This document shows, piece by piece, positions 52,901-64,000 of a DNA stretch of 64,000 bases. The translations under genes were made by a program, and so were the position numbers. Source of the DNA: Podarcis liolepis (lineage: Eukaryota); NCBI GenBank assembly GCA_965112155.1, contig OZ218100.1. One strand, given 5' to 3'. The first letter of the stretch is position 1; every line of letters starts with the position of its first letter. The notes beneath the pieces are model-generated. The model worked only from the letters and a program-made list of their open reading frames with translations, did no database searches and was not told the DNA's origin.

Positions 52901-55900
52901 AAGACATTTCCTCTATAGAAGGTTGGTTTTTATTTTTGACACTGATCTCTTTTCCTCCGTTACTTCCCATTGTATGACGAAAATCGGTATGCCTTGACAA
53001 GCAAGAGTAATGATGAGCAAGAACACTGTGTGCGTATGCACGCACGGTGTGTTCGGCATTTGCAGAGAGTTCTTTAGTTGTCAGTGATTCTCACATGGAT
53101 TCATAGCTGCTTATGTAAGTTGTTGCCATGGCATCTTGCATCTTTAAAATTGCATAAGCTTTCGTTCTCCAGCCAAAAATAAGGCACTACCAAGAGCAGG
53201 GACTATTACATGCTAGGTGCAAGAACTGTAATGTAGCCACAAACGGCATCACTGTGCCAGCCAAGCTGGTGCGTGATGGGAGTTGTGCCTTTTAACAACA
53301 CAGGCTCCATAGCCGCCTTTGATCTGGCCTCTTATATAGGAGAAGGCATTGCACCTTTCGGTAATACTATGCAGCTCTGATCACTGACACCTGTCCACTG
53401 CTGCTGTATCTACTGTCTGATTGGAAACCTTAGTAATGGAGGGCTCTTTTTCCTACTTTACATTGCTGACTCTTGTGTGCACCCAGCATTAGTTGATTTT
53501 TAAAATTTTTATTTATTTTTTAATTGAATTTATATACCACCCTATACCTGGGGGTCTCATAGCGGTTCACAGAATAAAATCAAGATATAAAACCACAAAA
53601 TACATAATAAAAATAAAAACAACCCCATAGCCCCTCCGCAAAAGAACACATTTTAAAAGGGCATAGAATGTAAATCAGATCAACCAAAGGCCTGGTTAAA
53701 AAGGAATGTTTTTGCCTGGCGCCTAAAGGTGTATAATGAAGGTGCCAGGCGAACTTCCTTGTAGGGAAGTTTTACCTACAGCGTGGACAAATCAAAGGAG
53801 TTATGGTACACTACCAGTCTGCATTGGTTTGCATAAGATGAGCCCTGCTAGATTAGGCCAGTGGCTCATCTAGTCCAGCATCTTCCTCTCTCAGTGTCCA
53901 ATCAGTGCAACAATGGTCTCCCAGCTTGTATTCCCCAGCAACTAGCATGCATAGGCGTTCCGCCTCCCAACAGTGGAGGGAGAACTTAGCTGTCATGACT
54001 GGTAGACACGGAGAGCCTTTGCCTCCATTAATTTGTGTTGTCCAGTGGCAGTGGGTTGGGCGCTCATGGCAGCTGCTTTAGCATGCCTCTCGGGTGGGCC
54101 GGCCCTGGGAGGTGGGCAGGCTAAACTTAACCCTCCTTCTTTTCTCCCAGAGGATGAAGACCAAGAGAAAGCCGAGGAGAAAACTGAAGTTGAGAGTGGA
54201 GGCAAAAAGTCTGCCCCCAAAGGAGCTGGCGGGTCAGCAAGTTGTGCCCAAGGGCAGCCTTCGAGTCGTGGTGCTTTGGGCAGCCGGGGTGACAGAAGAC
54301 GGGTGAAGAGTCCTCAAAGGATACATGCGGCAAAGGGGTTGAAACACCCCTTTGCCTTGTATGGCTGGGGAGAAAAACAGACTGATACCGGGAGCCAGAA
54401 AACACACAATGTCTGTGCATCCGCTTCTGTGAATGAAGTAAGGCAACTTGAAATATATACTTATGGGTTGCTTGTCTAAGTCCTTGCCCTCCTGCCTGAC
54501 TCCTTCGCACTTGTAAGGTCAGCCCAGGTTTGTGTGGTGCCCACAGTGAACTGGGATGTTGCTGTTTCCTCATTCTTTGTCATCCTATGCTGGGCAAAAT
54601 AACTACCGACATTTAATATGCTATACATATGCTAGTTTAAATAGTTTAAGCACACTACAAGCAAGAGTATAGGGTGGGTCCTTCTATATATCAGGCATCA
54701 AAAGCCAGGATGAAGAGATGTGTCTTCAGCATATGACAAAAATTACACAATGAAGGTGTCAGGCACACCTCTGTGGGGAGGGAATTCCACAGCTTAGGGG
54801 CTGTCCCAGAGGAGGTACTCTCCTAGGCTACCACCACCTTAAACGTCCAGCGTGGTGATCCCCAGAGAGCCCCCTCTGCTGATCCTAACACCTGAGGGGG
54901 TCTGCAGTGAAGGAGGCAGTCTTTCAAAAATAGTCACCAAGGCTACCTGAGCCTCCAGTGACAATGTTGGGTCCAGGAGCATCCCTAAGCTATGGACCTA
55001 CTCCTTTCAGGGGAGTGCAGCCCTGTCCAGAAGAAACCATCTCCCCAGACTCAAGAACTGAAAACAACCTATGTGTTTTCATGGCTTCAGCTTCAATTTA
55101 CTAGTGTGGGTGTGTAAAATGGAAGGGAAAGGGGTAGTATCTGATGTCAACATGTTCAAAGCTTGGGATAAATGAGTGAAGGAAGAGCCTGTAGGAATCC
55201 ATTTGCCACATACAGGCACCTTCATATTCCCCCATAGTAAATTGCCCTATTGTACTGAGACACCTACTGGACCTTGTGAATGGGATGTCGGCCATTGATC
55301 TTCTGCAGTTATATTCCTTGGTTGATGGTAATGGGCTTCGACATTGTCACTGACATCCTATGCTTCTTCCACCTTGTTTACAGATTATATTGGAACATTA
55401 TTTGCTAACTTTAATTAATGCAAAGCTTTTGTTTGTTTGTTTCTGGCTGCCGTTTCAGTGCTGCTGTGGAGGGAATTCCCGATGCTAGAACGGTTGCCTA
55501 CCCCCTGTCAGGATATGAGAGAGAATAATCTTTGTAAAACAGCAGGCAGTTAGCATCAAGTGTCCCAAGGCAGAGTGAGCTCAAGTTTAGGTATGGCATA
55601 AAAGGTTGAAAGTACTGACAGTAGGCTCCTGGTACTTGAATGACATTGGGAAGCTGTAAGTTCTTGCAAAAGTGCTGCTGATCTGTGAAATGTTAGATTC
55701 AGCATAAAGGATATTAATGTACTTCTGACAGCAGTATGGAAGAAATACAACAAACGGGGCTATCGCGCGTGTGTGTGTGTAAAATAATACAGCACATACT
55801 GGTTAAATCTGCATATCTTGATTTAGTCTCGCTTAGTCCATTGAAATCAATAAATCTAAGCTTGTTTTAAATGGACATTTGTCATTAAGAGTGAATTACT

Positions 55901-56835
55901 GAAGTCCCAACAGATACTGGCATTTGCTACTGAATAGGAAAAAATGGCGTTTATAGTAGAGCTGGCACATATTTATGATTGGATGGCTAACATATCTGTA
56001 CACAGCCTAACATGCCTTTGAACAACCTCTGCAGGTTAGTGGATGGCTAAATCCTTCAGCCTCTCAGGTTAGCAGCTGAGCTTATTGCATTTGTGCTTCA
56101 TACCCTAACCCAATGCCATGCATATTCACTCACCTTTGAAAAGTTGGTGATTCAATATTGGATGTGCACAGCTAATTAGCATGTTTTTTTATTTTACTTA
56201 GCGTGCACCTGACTTTTCAGTTTGATGAACTTTTCCCAAGTGGCTTACAAATGAAAGCAAGAATAGATACTATCCAATAGTTTAAAAATGGAAATGGTAA
56301 ATAGCATACGGAAAGCCACAATAAACCTTAAAAGCAGCAGTAAATATCAGTCTCTGTTTAGTTAAAAGAGGCAAAATTTAAATGGTTTTTGCCTGGTGCC
56401 AAAACCTGACCGTGCCTTGGTTTTCAAACCGTTTTGGGAGTCAAACGGACTCCCATAACGGATTAAATCCGAGAACCAAGGTATGACTGTAGCAAGATTA
56501 TAACTGGCATATCAAATACAAAGTTTTTGGGATTCTGGATGCTGGTTGCTTGAAACTACAGGAGGGGAGACTGCTCCTGAGCTTAAATCCTGCTTGCAAG
56601 TTTCTCCCAGGCATCTAGATGGCCACCAAGAATCATCTAACACTTAAATATCTCTTGTTAGATCCACGAGTCTGCACTGAGAGCAAAGAACAGAAGGCAA
56701 GTGGAAAAAAGGAAGCTGTCTCAGAGGCGGATTCAATCAGCGGAAGTAGAACAAGCCTGGAGAGCAAAATCTGCTGCACCAGACAACCCCTGGATGACGG
56801 AATACATGAGGTGTTACTCAGCACGAGCACGGTGA
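49568..56835 (+). CDS. CCSAP: Centriole, cilia and spindle-associated protein (267 aa)
   Basis: Exons 49568-49910, 54151-54437, 56662-56835 (804 nt, phases consistent). Motifs [79 protein letters not shown]. Confidence 0.96.
50882..51010. mobile_element. Palindromic hAT-type MITE
   Basis: ctccaggtgttcctgaactaca / tgtagttcagcaacacctggag inverted arms. Confidence 0.7.
51883..51993. mobile_element. 111-bp hAT MITE
   Basis: Perfect 16-bp TIRs CATGGGTGTAGCCAGG / CCTGGCTACACCCATG; 8-bp TSD GCCCTGAG / GGCCTGAG. Confidence 0.88.
53505..53770 (-). mobile_element. L2-like LINE 3' end
   Basis: (ttta)n tail followed by ataccaccc...gcggttcaca...tttttgcctggcgcctaaa...gtgccaggc; a further fragment lies at ~54690-54930. 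Confidence 0.6.
54151..54437 (+). CDS. CCSAP: CCSAP coding exon 2
   Basis: Pyrimidine tract + cag| acceptor, |gtaagg donor. Confidence 0.93.
56411..56490. mobile_element. Partial pogo/Tigger-like MITE (one end)
   Basis: Reverse-complement similarity to 45347-45420; ends gagaaccaaggtatgactg-TA. Confidence 0.65.
56662..56835 (+). CDS. CCSAP: CCSAP coding exon 3
   Basis: tag| acceptor, TGA at 56833-56835. Confidence 0.94.
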   Translation: MHESALRAKNRRQVEKRKLSQRRIQSAEVEQAWRAKSAAPDNPWMTEYMRCYSARAR

Positions 56836-58207
56836 TTCCACATTTGCCTGGACCTGTCTTTTTTAAAATTCAGAAATAGTGTACGAAAGCAACGGGTGAA
56901 GAATTCCAAACTACTTATGCAAGATTTTTAACAAAAGGATTTTTCCAGCAGTTTGATAAACTTGTTTATATTTTGGCTACTTATCCCTGCAGGAGAGGGA
57001 ATAATTGATTCCATACTGGTGGGAACTATGCTTAGCAGTATAGCTTCTTTACAGATTTTTTTAAAAAAGAAGAATATTAAGAGATATTTCTGTTGACCTT
57101 GAGCAGAAAAGCTATGGAATGTTGTAGAATGAACTTTTTAAAATGAAAGACCTCAGAAGGGTTATTTTGACAAATATTAGTCCCTCCTTAATCATTAAAA
57201 CATATGGACCGTAATCCATGGGAAATTTCTTGCCCTGATGTTGCATAGAACTCAAAACCTTTCCCTATAGGGGAGCCATAAGGCTTTACAAATCAGGTCT
57301 GTAAAAATTATTTGTAGGTGCCATTGTATTTTCATGTGATTCTAGTTAAGTTGCTATGATTTTCCTCAGACCTGTACAACTTGAGACCTAGCGAGCCAAA
57401 TGCAGACTTTCTGCCCTCTGTGGATTCAATCCAGTGACTACAAAAACAGGGGACTGTTATCCATCTATCTTGCTGTGCAGGCCAGATGTGCAAGCTCTTG
57501 CAGCCAGATGTGTAGAAGATCGTATAATTGGAAATGCTCCATTTTTAGAATTCTGAAAGCTCTCCCCAACTTTTGGTAAATATATAGTGACTTGTTCAGG
57601 TTTACATTCCAGTTTTAGGTTTTGTGACCATCTGGAACTGGAGATTTTGGTGCAATAGATTAGTAATGTGATGTGTTTACGTTTTTAGCTTTTTAAATTT
57701 GCTATCATGAGCCTGTGGTACCAAATGGCAGGTGTAGACAATCATTAACTATTAGTTATCAGTACTTTGCAGTAAGTAACATGGACTTGGTGACAGTGAA
57801 CTGGGATGTAGATTTTTTTAAATGCTTTATTTGGGTGGATTAAATATGCTTTGTAAAGAGTTTTGTTAGGTGAGCTTCTGCATAAGTGAAATGTTACGAC
57901 TATTTCAACTCTTGAATAGAACCTACCAGACCAAGTTAGTGTACATTCCAGAGGCATGTTCAGGACTCAGGCAAATTTTGCTATACTTCTCAAGTGTATG
58001 ACATGCCCCTTATCCCCCCCCCCCCGACCACCAAAAAAAGTTGATTTGTGTAATTCAGAGGATGAAGCCATTGGAAATTATGAGAATGTAACAAATCTGT
58101 TACAGTTTAAAGTTTGTATCGCATATTGTGAGACTACCTGCCATTTTTGTGTGTGTATCAAACACCGAACTGGTGGCTAATAAGCTGCTTAAAATAGTCT
58201 CCTTATA

Positions 58208-58403
58208 AAGTCAAACCTTGGTTCTCAAATGGCCATGTTTTTTAACGTTTTGGCTCCCAAACGCCGAAAACCTGGAAGTAAATGCTCCAGTTTTCGAATG
58301 TTTTTCAGAAGCCAAATGTCTGACGTGGCTTGCGCTTGAGTGCAAGTGTGGAAGTGAAATGGGCTTCCGGAATGGATTACATTTGACAACCGAGGTTTGA
58401 TTG
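58208..58403. mobile_element. Tigger-like MITE inside the probable CCSAP 3' UTR
   Basis: Imperfect TIRs agtcaaaccttggttctcaaa / tttgacaaccgaggtttgattg-TA. Confidence 0.65.
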
Positions 58404-60959
58404 TATTTCAGATTATCTTGGCTCCATTCATGTAGGGGTGGTTTTATGCAGCTGGCATTAGTCTCAATCATTAAGACTTAAATAACTCAAATTTTGGGAA
58501 ACAGTTATTGGTAGCCTTTCATTCCAATGGCTACATCAGGTACTCTCCCCAGAAACTCTGTGGTTACTAAGTGTTTGAGTTTTCTCTTCCATGGTTGCTG
58601 CAGGTGGCTTTTGGCTCCTTTGACTTCTGCTTTCTTTCCATCTGTAGGCCTGTGGTTGGAACTATGTTTCCTTCAGTCTTTTTTTAATTTAATCCCTTAT
58701 CTTCACTTTACAAAATTAAAGGACTTCAATTGTACATGGCTTTAACATAATAATACATTTCTCTATCTTTGTTATACAATATTGACTCCCGTCCTGCTTC
58801 CAAGGAATACATGAAGGACTTTTTTTCTTGTGTCCTAAAGACCACTTTTCTTAAACAACTGGCAGCTTTTTGAAAATATTTTGGATTCTCTTTTCAAAGG
58901 GCTGTTCATGTTGCCATCTTTTAACTTCACAGAATGTGTTCAGCTAAACTTCTTGTAAGCTAACTGACACATGGATGGATGTTGAAAATTTTGAAGACAC
59001 TGTTGAAACAAGGATACTAAAAGTCTGGGTTTTCAGTCTTCCACAAGGATGTGTTGGGTGGCTTAAGTCACTTATAATTCTGGTAATTTGCAAAGGGTGT
59101 GTGTGCATATCACTGTTGCACTTGGAGCATCTGCCTGCTTCTCTGTGTAGAGTGGTTTTTATCTTAACTTTAAGCGATCCCCTCCTCCCCTTCAACTGGG
59201 CATTAATGTGGTGTTAGACATGGAGTCTCATGGATTGCAATCCTAAACATGTCTACTCAGAAGTCTCATAGAGTTCAGTGACACTTCCAGGCAAATGAGC
59301 AAAGGATTGCAGGTGCATTTCCTGACAAAAGCCCTGTTCAGCTGTGATAAAAATCCATAAATATAGCATGTGAGTACCACCCTGTCTCTGTCTCCCTCTG
59401 TAAATTGAAGGGCAGGTGTGCAAAGCGAGGAGCCTGCTTCTACGGGTGAATATTTCCTGTGCATTTTAGAATCCAGGTTTAACAAGATTCTGCATCACTC
59501 AAGGAGCCTCCATGCAGGTCCCCCCCCCATTTCTTGCATTATATTTTCAGATAGTCCCACCTGAAGAGGGCTAAAGTTGGCAGGAAATGGCAAAACTACC
59601 ATCCTCACTAGGAAATAAAGAAGCTTATTTACAGATGTGTTTACTAAAGCTGGAATTGTGGTGGTGGGATGACAAATTCTGAGCTGCTCCAGTCTTCTGG
59701 GTATAAATAATGCTTTTGCTTTTAATTTTAAAATAGGGACCTTGACATTAGAAACACCCTTCTTTCCTTGTTTGAACTTGAGAAAAGTCCTATTTATGGT
59801 CCATCTGTCTTCACAAAACTGGCTTAGTATCACTACCAAATGCATGAAACTGAAATGCACAAATGACACTCATTGTTCCAGCACAGTAAAAAAAATAAGT
59901 ATCTACTGTTCCAATTAGACATTTACTTTTGTGAAACATGTTTATGGTGTGACATTGTGCAAAAAAAGTATGCTTTTGTGTATATTTGTACCACCACGTT
60001 TCTTGCATCACTATCCAGTAACTTCAACAAGCTATTGTTAGCAACTTCTCTATTTTTAAATATCATGGTTATGCTTTTTCTTTTCTTTTTTACTGTTTAC
60101 CCTCAGGCATCTTGCTTGTACTGAGCCCTCCTTCACTATTACTGGCAGCTATGTATTCTGTAAGCATGGAGCAGAATGCTTATTCAGCCCTGGGATTAGA
60201 CTTCTCCTAGAATTGACCAAATTTGGTGAGGGTCCCACACCCTCCCTGCCTTTTGAAGCTTCTGGGGTTGGCACAGTGGTAGCTGTAGTGCTAGACCTGT
60301 TGCTTGATGGGAAAATGGCTCTGGCTCAACTTCCCTCAGGGTCTTCTCCCACCTTTGAAATGTGTCTCCCCTGCTTGAGCTGCCAGGGCAGACGGGAATA
60401 TAAGCAATTGAGAACACTTGCATTTTAGCCTACTGAAAACTGCCTAAACCAGATTGGCATTAAATATGGCTTCTAGATGAGAACGTTACCTTCTTGATGG
60501 GAGAGGCAGCATCACCTGAAGCATAAACTATCTACTAGTTTATGTTTGCATACTCCTGCCTCTTTGAAATATGTTGGTTTGTGACAGGCTAGGAGTACCA
60601 AAACGCTGGTGTAATACAAAGAGCAACATATAGCCTAAAGCCATAAAGTGCGAGTAACCAGACCAAGCATGGCAGTCTTTTGAGCACGACTGTTTAAGGC
60701 CCAGATACTTGAACAGGTGGGGGCTATAAACTCTTGACTCTGTTCCTGTATGTAGTTCCTATAATGTAAAGTTAAAGGTACAGGGAAGCTGCCACACTTA
60801 GCTTTTGTGAGCACTGAAATCACTTTAGATAAAAGCTTGGGGGAAAATAAGCTTGAAGCAATATGTGACTTAGAATGTGTTTTTAAATAGTGTGTGTTTT
60901 TTTCTAATGTTCTTGTGTTATTTATATTTAATTGTACTTGCCATGACTTTGTACATGTG

Positions 60960-60965
60960 AATAAA
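60960..60965 (+). terminator. Probable distal CCSAP polyadenylation signal (3' UTR ~4.1 kb)
   Basis: AATAAA preceded by an AU-rich tract with TGTA motifs (ttatttatatttaattgtac...tgtacatgtg). Confidence 0.55.
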
Positions 60966-63499
60966 ATCAATTTGGGGGGAAAAACATTTTGAAAAAGCAG
61001 TTGTTGTGCTTTCTAGATAATGGTGAAATAAGTCTTATGACTCTTATGTAAGTTTTAGGGGCCTTGTGCCTCTGAGTCCTCTCAGTGGGTTGCAACCTTA
61101 AGGCTAGAAACTGCAAAAGACCATAGCAGGAATAGGGAACCTCTGACCTAGAGCCCAAATACAGCCCCCAAGGACACTATTTGGCCTCTGACCAGACCTG
61201 CTTGCACCTTCCTTGTTTTTGGATGGTTGTAATGTGTCCTTCCACTTTGACATCCCTCTCAGTTGCCTGGAAGATAGAGAGGGATGCATAAGAATGTGTA
61301 GAAATTAACCGTCTCCCAATCTTTTTTCTCTGCACCATGCATAATTTTATTCGTCATGTCTCTTCTTTCCCTTTTCTCAAGCTAAAAACTCCCAATTGGC
61401 TTTTTGGAACACAAAAACGTTTCTTCATAGGGGAATTGCTGCACCCTTCCTTGATCATTTTGGTTGCCCTTTCCTGAACCTTTCACCATAGGTTTAGAAA
61501 ACTATGGTATTTATTCCTACAAAATGCACCACCTTGGATGGCTTTAAAGGATTAGTCAAATTTGTGGTGAATAAGCCTGTTTTACCTCAGGCCTGTGGGT
61601 TGAATGTGGCCCTCCAGGCCTCTCTCTGGCATTCAGAATTCTTCTCAGGCCAGACCCCTCACTGGAACCACAAGTCATTTTGTGTGGCTGAAATGTGTTC
61701 TTAAATTCCACTAATTTCTCTTGTTTTGTCTGGATGGATGATACGGGTTTTGTGTGTGTTGAAACTAGCCTGCTGTACAAAGGCAAAGGTTACAATGACT
61801 CTGGCCACTTTTGCCTCTGGCTCCATCTGCCACTGCAGCATGGGCCCTAAAGGTTGTGCAAACTGGAATGTGGCCATTGGGTTGAAAAATATTCCCCACT
61901 GTGGACACTAATTTTAAGCTGCTTTCAGACACAACTGAGCGACATGAGAAATCTAGACACCTCCCTCATACACTTCATCTTTAGTGGTAGGCCCCTTTCC
62001 AGTCAGCAAAACAGTAAAAGATTGGATGGGCTAAGAAACTCCAAACATACTGGGCAATGCTTAAATTATTACTACATGTAAATAAGAGATTTTTAGCGTG
62101 TCTATGGGTTTTGAAAATCTTAGGGATAAATTGGACGAAGGGGAATGATCCAAGTACTGCTTCAAACAAGTGATCAAGTTAGTAGACTCTTACTTTCTAT
62201 TTTGGCATAGAATACCAGCTGTCTGAATAAACATGCCCAATAGGGGCTGTTAAGCCCCCCCCACCTTGTGGTTGCCAAGGCTTTGTCCCCTAAGTGAGCA
62301 GAGAACTGTAGCCTTGATGTAACACTGTGGAGATCTGACCATATATTAATCACCAAGTCTAGAATCCTAACTTACTACTAAGTTGATACAATAGCTTTGA
62401 ACACCATTTACACTAAGGGCTTATTCACCCTTCTGTTTGGTCCGTGACTTCTAGGCATTGGTCCGAGAGATTTTTCTTTTCTCCCACTGCTTTCCCAGGC
62501 AAAACCTGATGTTTACTGTTGAATCAGAACAAACGTCATTTGGATTTTCTGCAGCTTGGCGTTTGTTCCAATTGAGAAGTAAACAGCAGGTTTTTCCTGG
62601 GAAAGTGGCAGGACAAAAGGAAAACCTCTCTGATCCATGCCTGGATGTCATGGGCTAAACAGAAGAAATCACATGTCAAAGGGAAGTGTGTGGCTGAGTC
62701 CTAAACTTGAGATGGTATGGATTTTTGGTCTGCACTTTATGAGGGAGGCAACAGTTCTTTGAAAAAATAAAAAGACCTGGGTTACAGTACATAATTGTTA
62801 CAATTTCCTCCCCACCTTAACTACTCATGTTTCCTAAAAAATAGATAAATATTTTATTTTTAAAGTTACTTCTCTCCCCAAGATGATAAACAGGTGTCTC
62901 ATAATGTATTCATTACCTAAAAGCAGGGTAAGAGCACATTAAAATTTGGGAAACTGGTGATATTTTTTCAGTTCTCCATAGAATATAGTTGGTTCAGCTT
63001 TGTAATATTAACAGGAAACATGCACTGGACAGTTGGTTGTTGGATTATTCAGTAAGAAACATAGAAAATCCAATTATTACTGTCCAGAAATAACCTAAGT
63101 AAGACCAAAGCTTAAAATCAGGCATTGCACATGAAACCATTTAAAATCACATAAGCTACATAGCATACATCTATCCATCCATTAAAAATTGTGTGCTTGT
63201 TTCCATGGCAATCATGCCACTTTGTTTTAGCAAGTCATGATTAAGATTCTGAGCATTTAATGTATGGGGGTGTCAAATGCATATAGATAAATAAGATTAT
63301 TGATATTGTTAAAATTCTGAACATCTCCCTTGGCAGGGTTGAGATTTCATAGAGATGCAACAGTGCACATTGGAGATGTTAACAATGCAGGAAATGGTGG
63401 ATGTATGAAAAGGCTGATCAGCCAGGGAGCATAGCTTTCCACCCCTTCCACCCACACCCTCCCCAAGCCTGCCATGATTGAAAAGAAACCTACAGTAAA

Positions 63500-64000
63500 T
63501 ACATTTAAATAAAACCTTTTATTTAGTAACATTTCTCTGGTGACATTAAGCAGCATAGTAAATTCTTTATACAGTATAGAAGTCATGCATTTAAAGTTTA
63601 ATGTATACTAACACTGTGTAAAAGCACTTTTATTTTTAGAAGCAATTAAATGCCAAGAGCATTTGTCTTGAGGCTCAACTGTTATAATACTCCTTAAGCT
63701 CTTGCAGTTCCAACTTGTGGAACCAAGCCAATACAGGTAGCAATCTAGCACATTTCAACTACAGTTCCTCCAACTCATGTTAGCAAGGGTGTACAAGAGT
63801 ACAGCTACAATTTTCAGAGTCTCGAAGTGTGACACTACACACTGCAAGGGAAACACGGGGTTCCAAACTCCATGTATCCCTTAGAAACAGTAATATACTG
63901 AAGGCAAGCCTTTGTAGACAACAATCAATGACCTGGGTGTCTAATCATTTCCTGAACCAACTTTCCTCCTTGCAAAGCCTAGCTCTAATATTTAAATAAA
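63500..64000 (-). other. Possible 3' UTR end of a convergent gene (RAB4A by synteny)
   Basis: Minus-strand AATAAA at 63518-63523 and 63629-63634 in AT-rich sequence; no coding sequence in the window, so identity is inferred only. Confidence 0.3.

Noticed and set aside
52874-52945. TGATGA...CTGA, possible C/D snoRNA in a CCSAP intron
   Set aside because: No terminal stem and no recognisable rRNA/snRNA guide; likely chance.

Overview
Vertebrate genomic DNA from a squamate reptile; the repeat families suggest a lacertid lizard (inference). The window holds the conserved block NUP133 - ACTA1 - CCSAP, all on the + strand. NUP133 is represented by its last 18 coding exons (493-20958). ACTA1 (alpha-skeletal actin) is complete: CpG-island CArG/MCAT/TATA promoter, non-coding exon 1 and six coding exons (377 aa); 146 Ns in exon 3 keep the frame exactly. 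CCSAP has three coding exons (267 aa) and a probable ~4 kb 3' UTR. The window end may be the 3' tip of a convergent gene (RAB4A by synteny, unverified). Introns and spacers carry many transposon relics: Tc1/pogo-type MITEs, hAT MITEs, CR1 and L2 LINEs, Squam3-like SINEs and a solo LTR. Main findings: (1) a candidate decayed, unidentified multi-exon Cys/Trp-rich gene between ACTA1 and CCSAP (~37.3-44.7 kb); (2) a Penelope-like insertion with a 12-bp target-site duplication carrying a minimal hammerhead ribozyme antisense in a NUP133 intron; (3) a DIRS retrotransposon relic with its methyltransferase-like domain; (4) a long G-U-rich intronic hairpin; (5) a CHR/CCAAT-type CCSAP promoter. All homology calls are from manual translation and recall; no searches were run.
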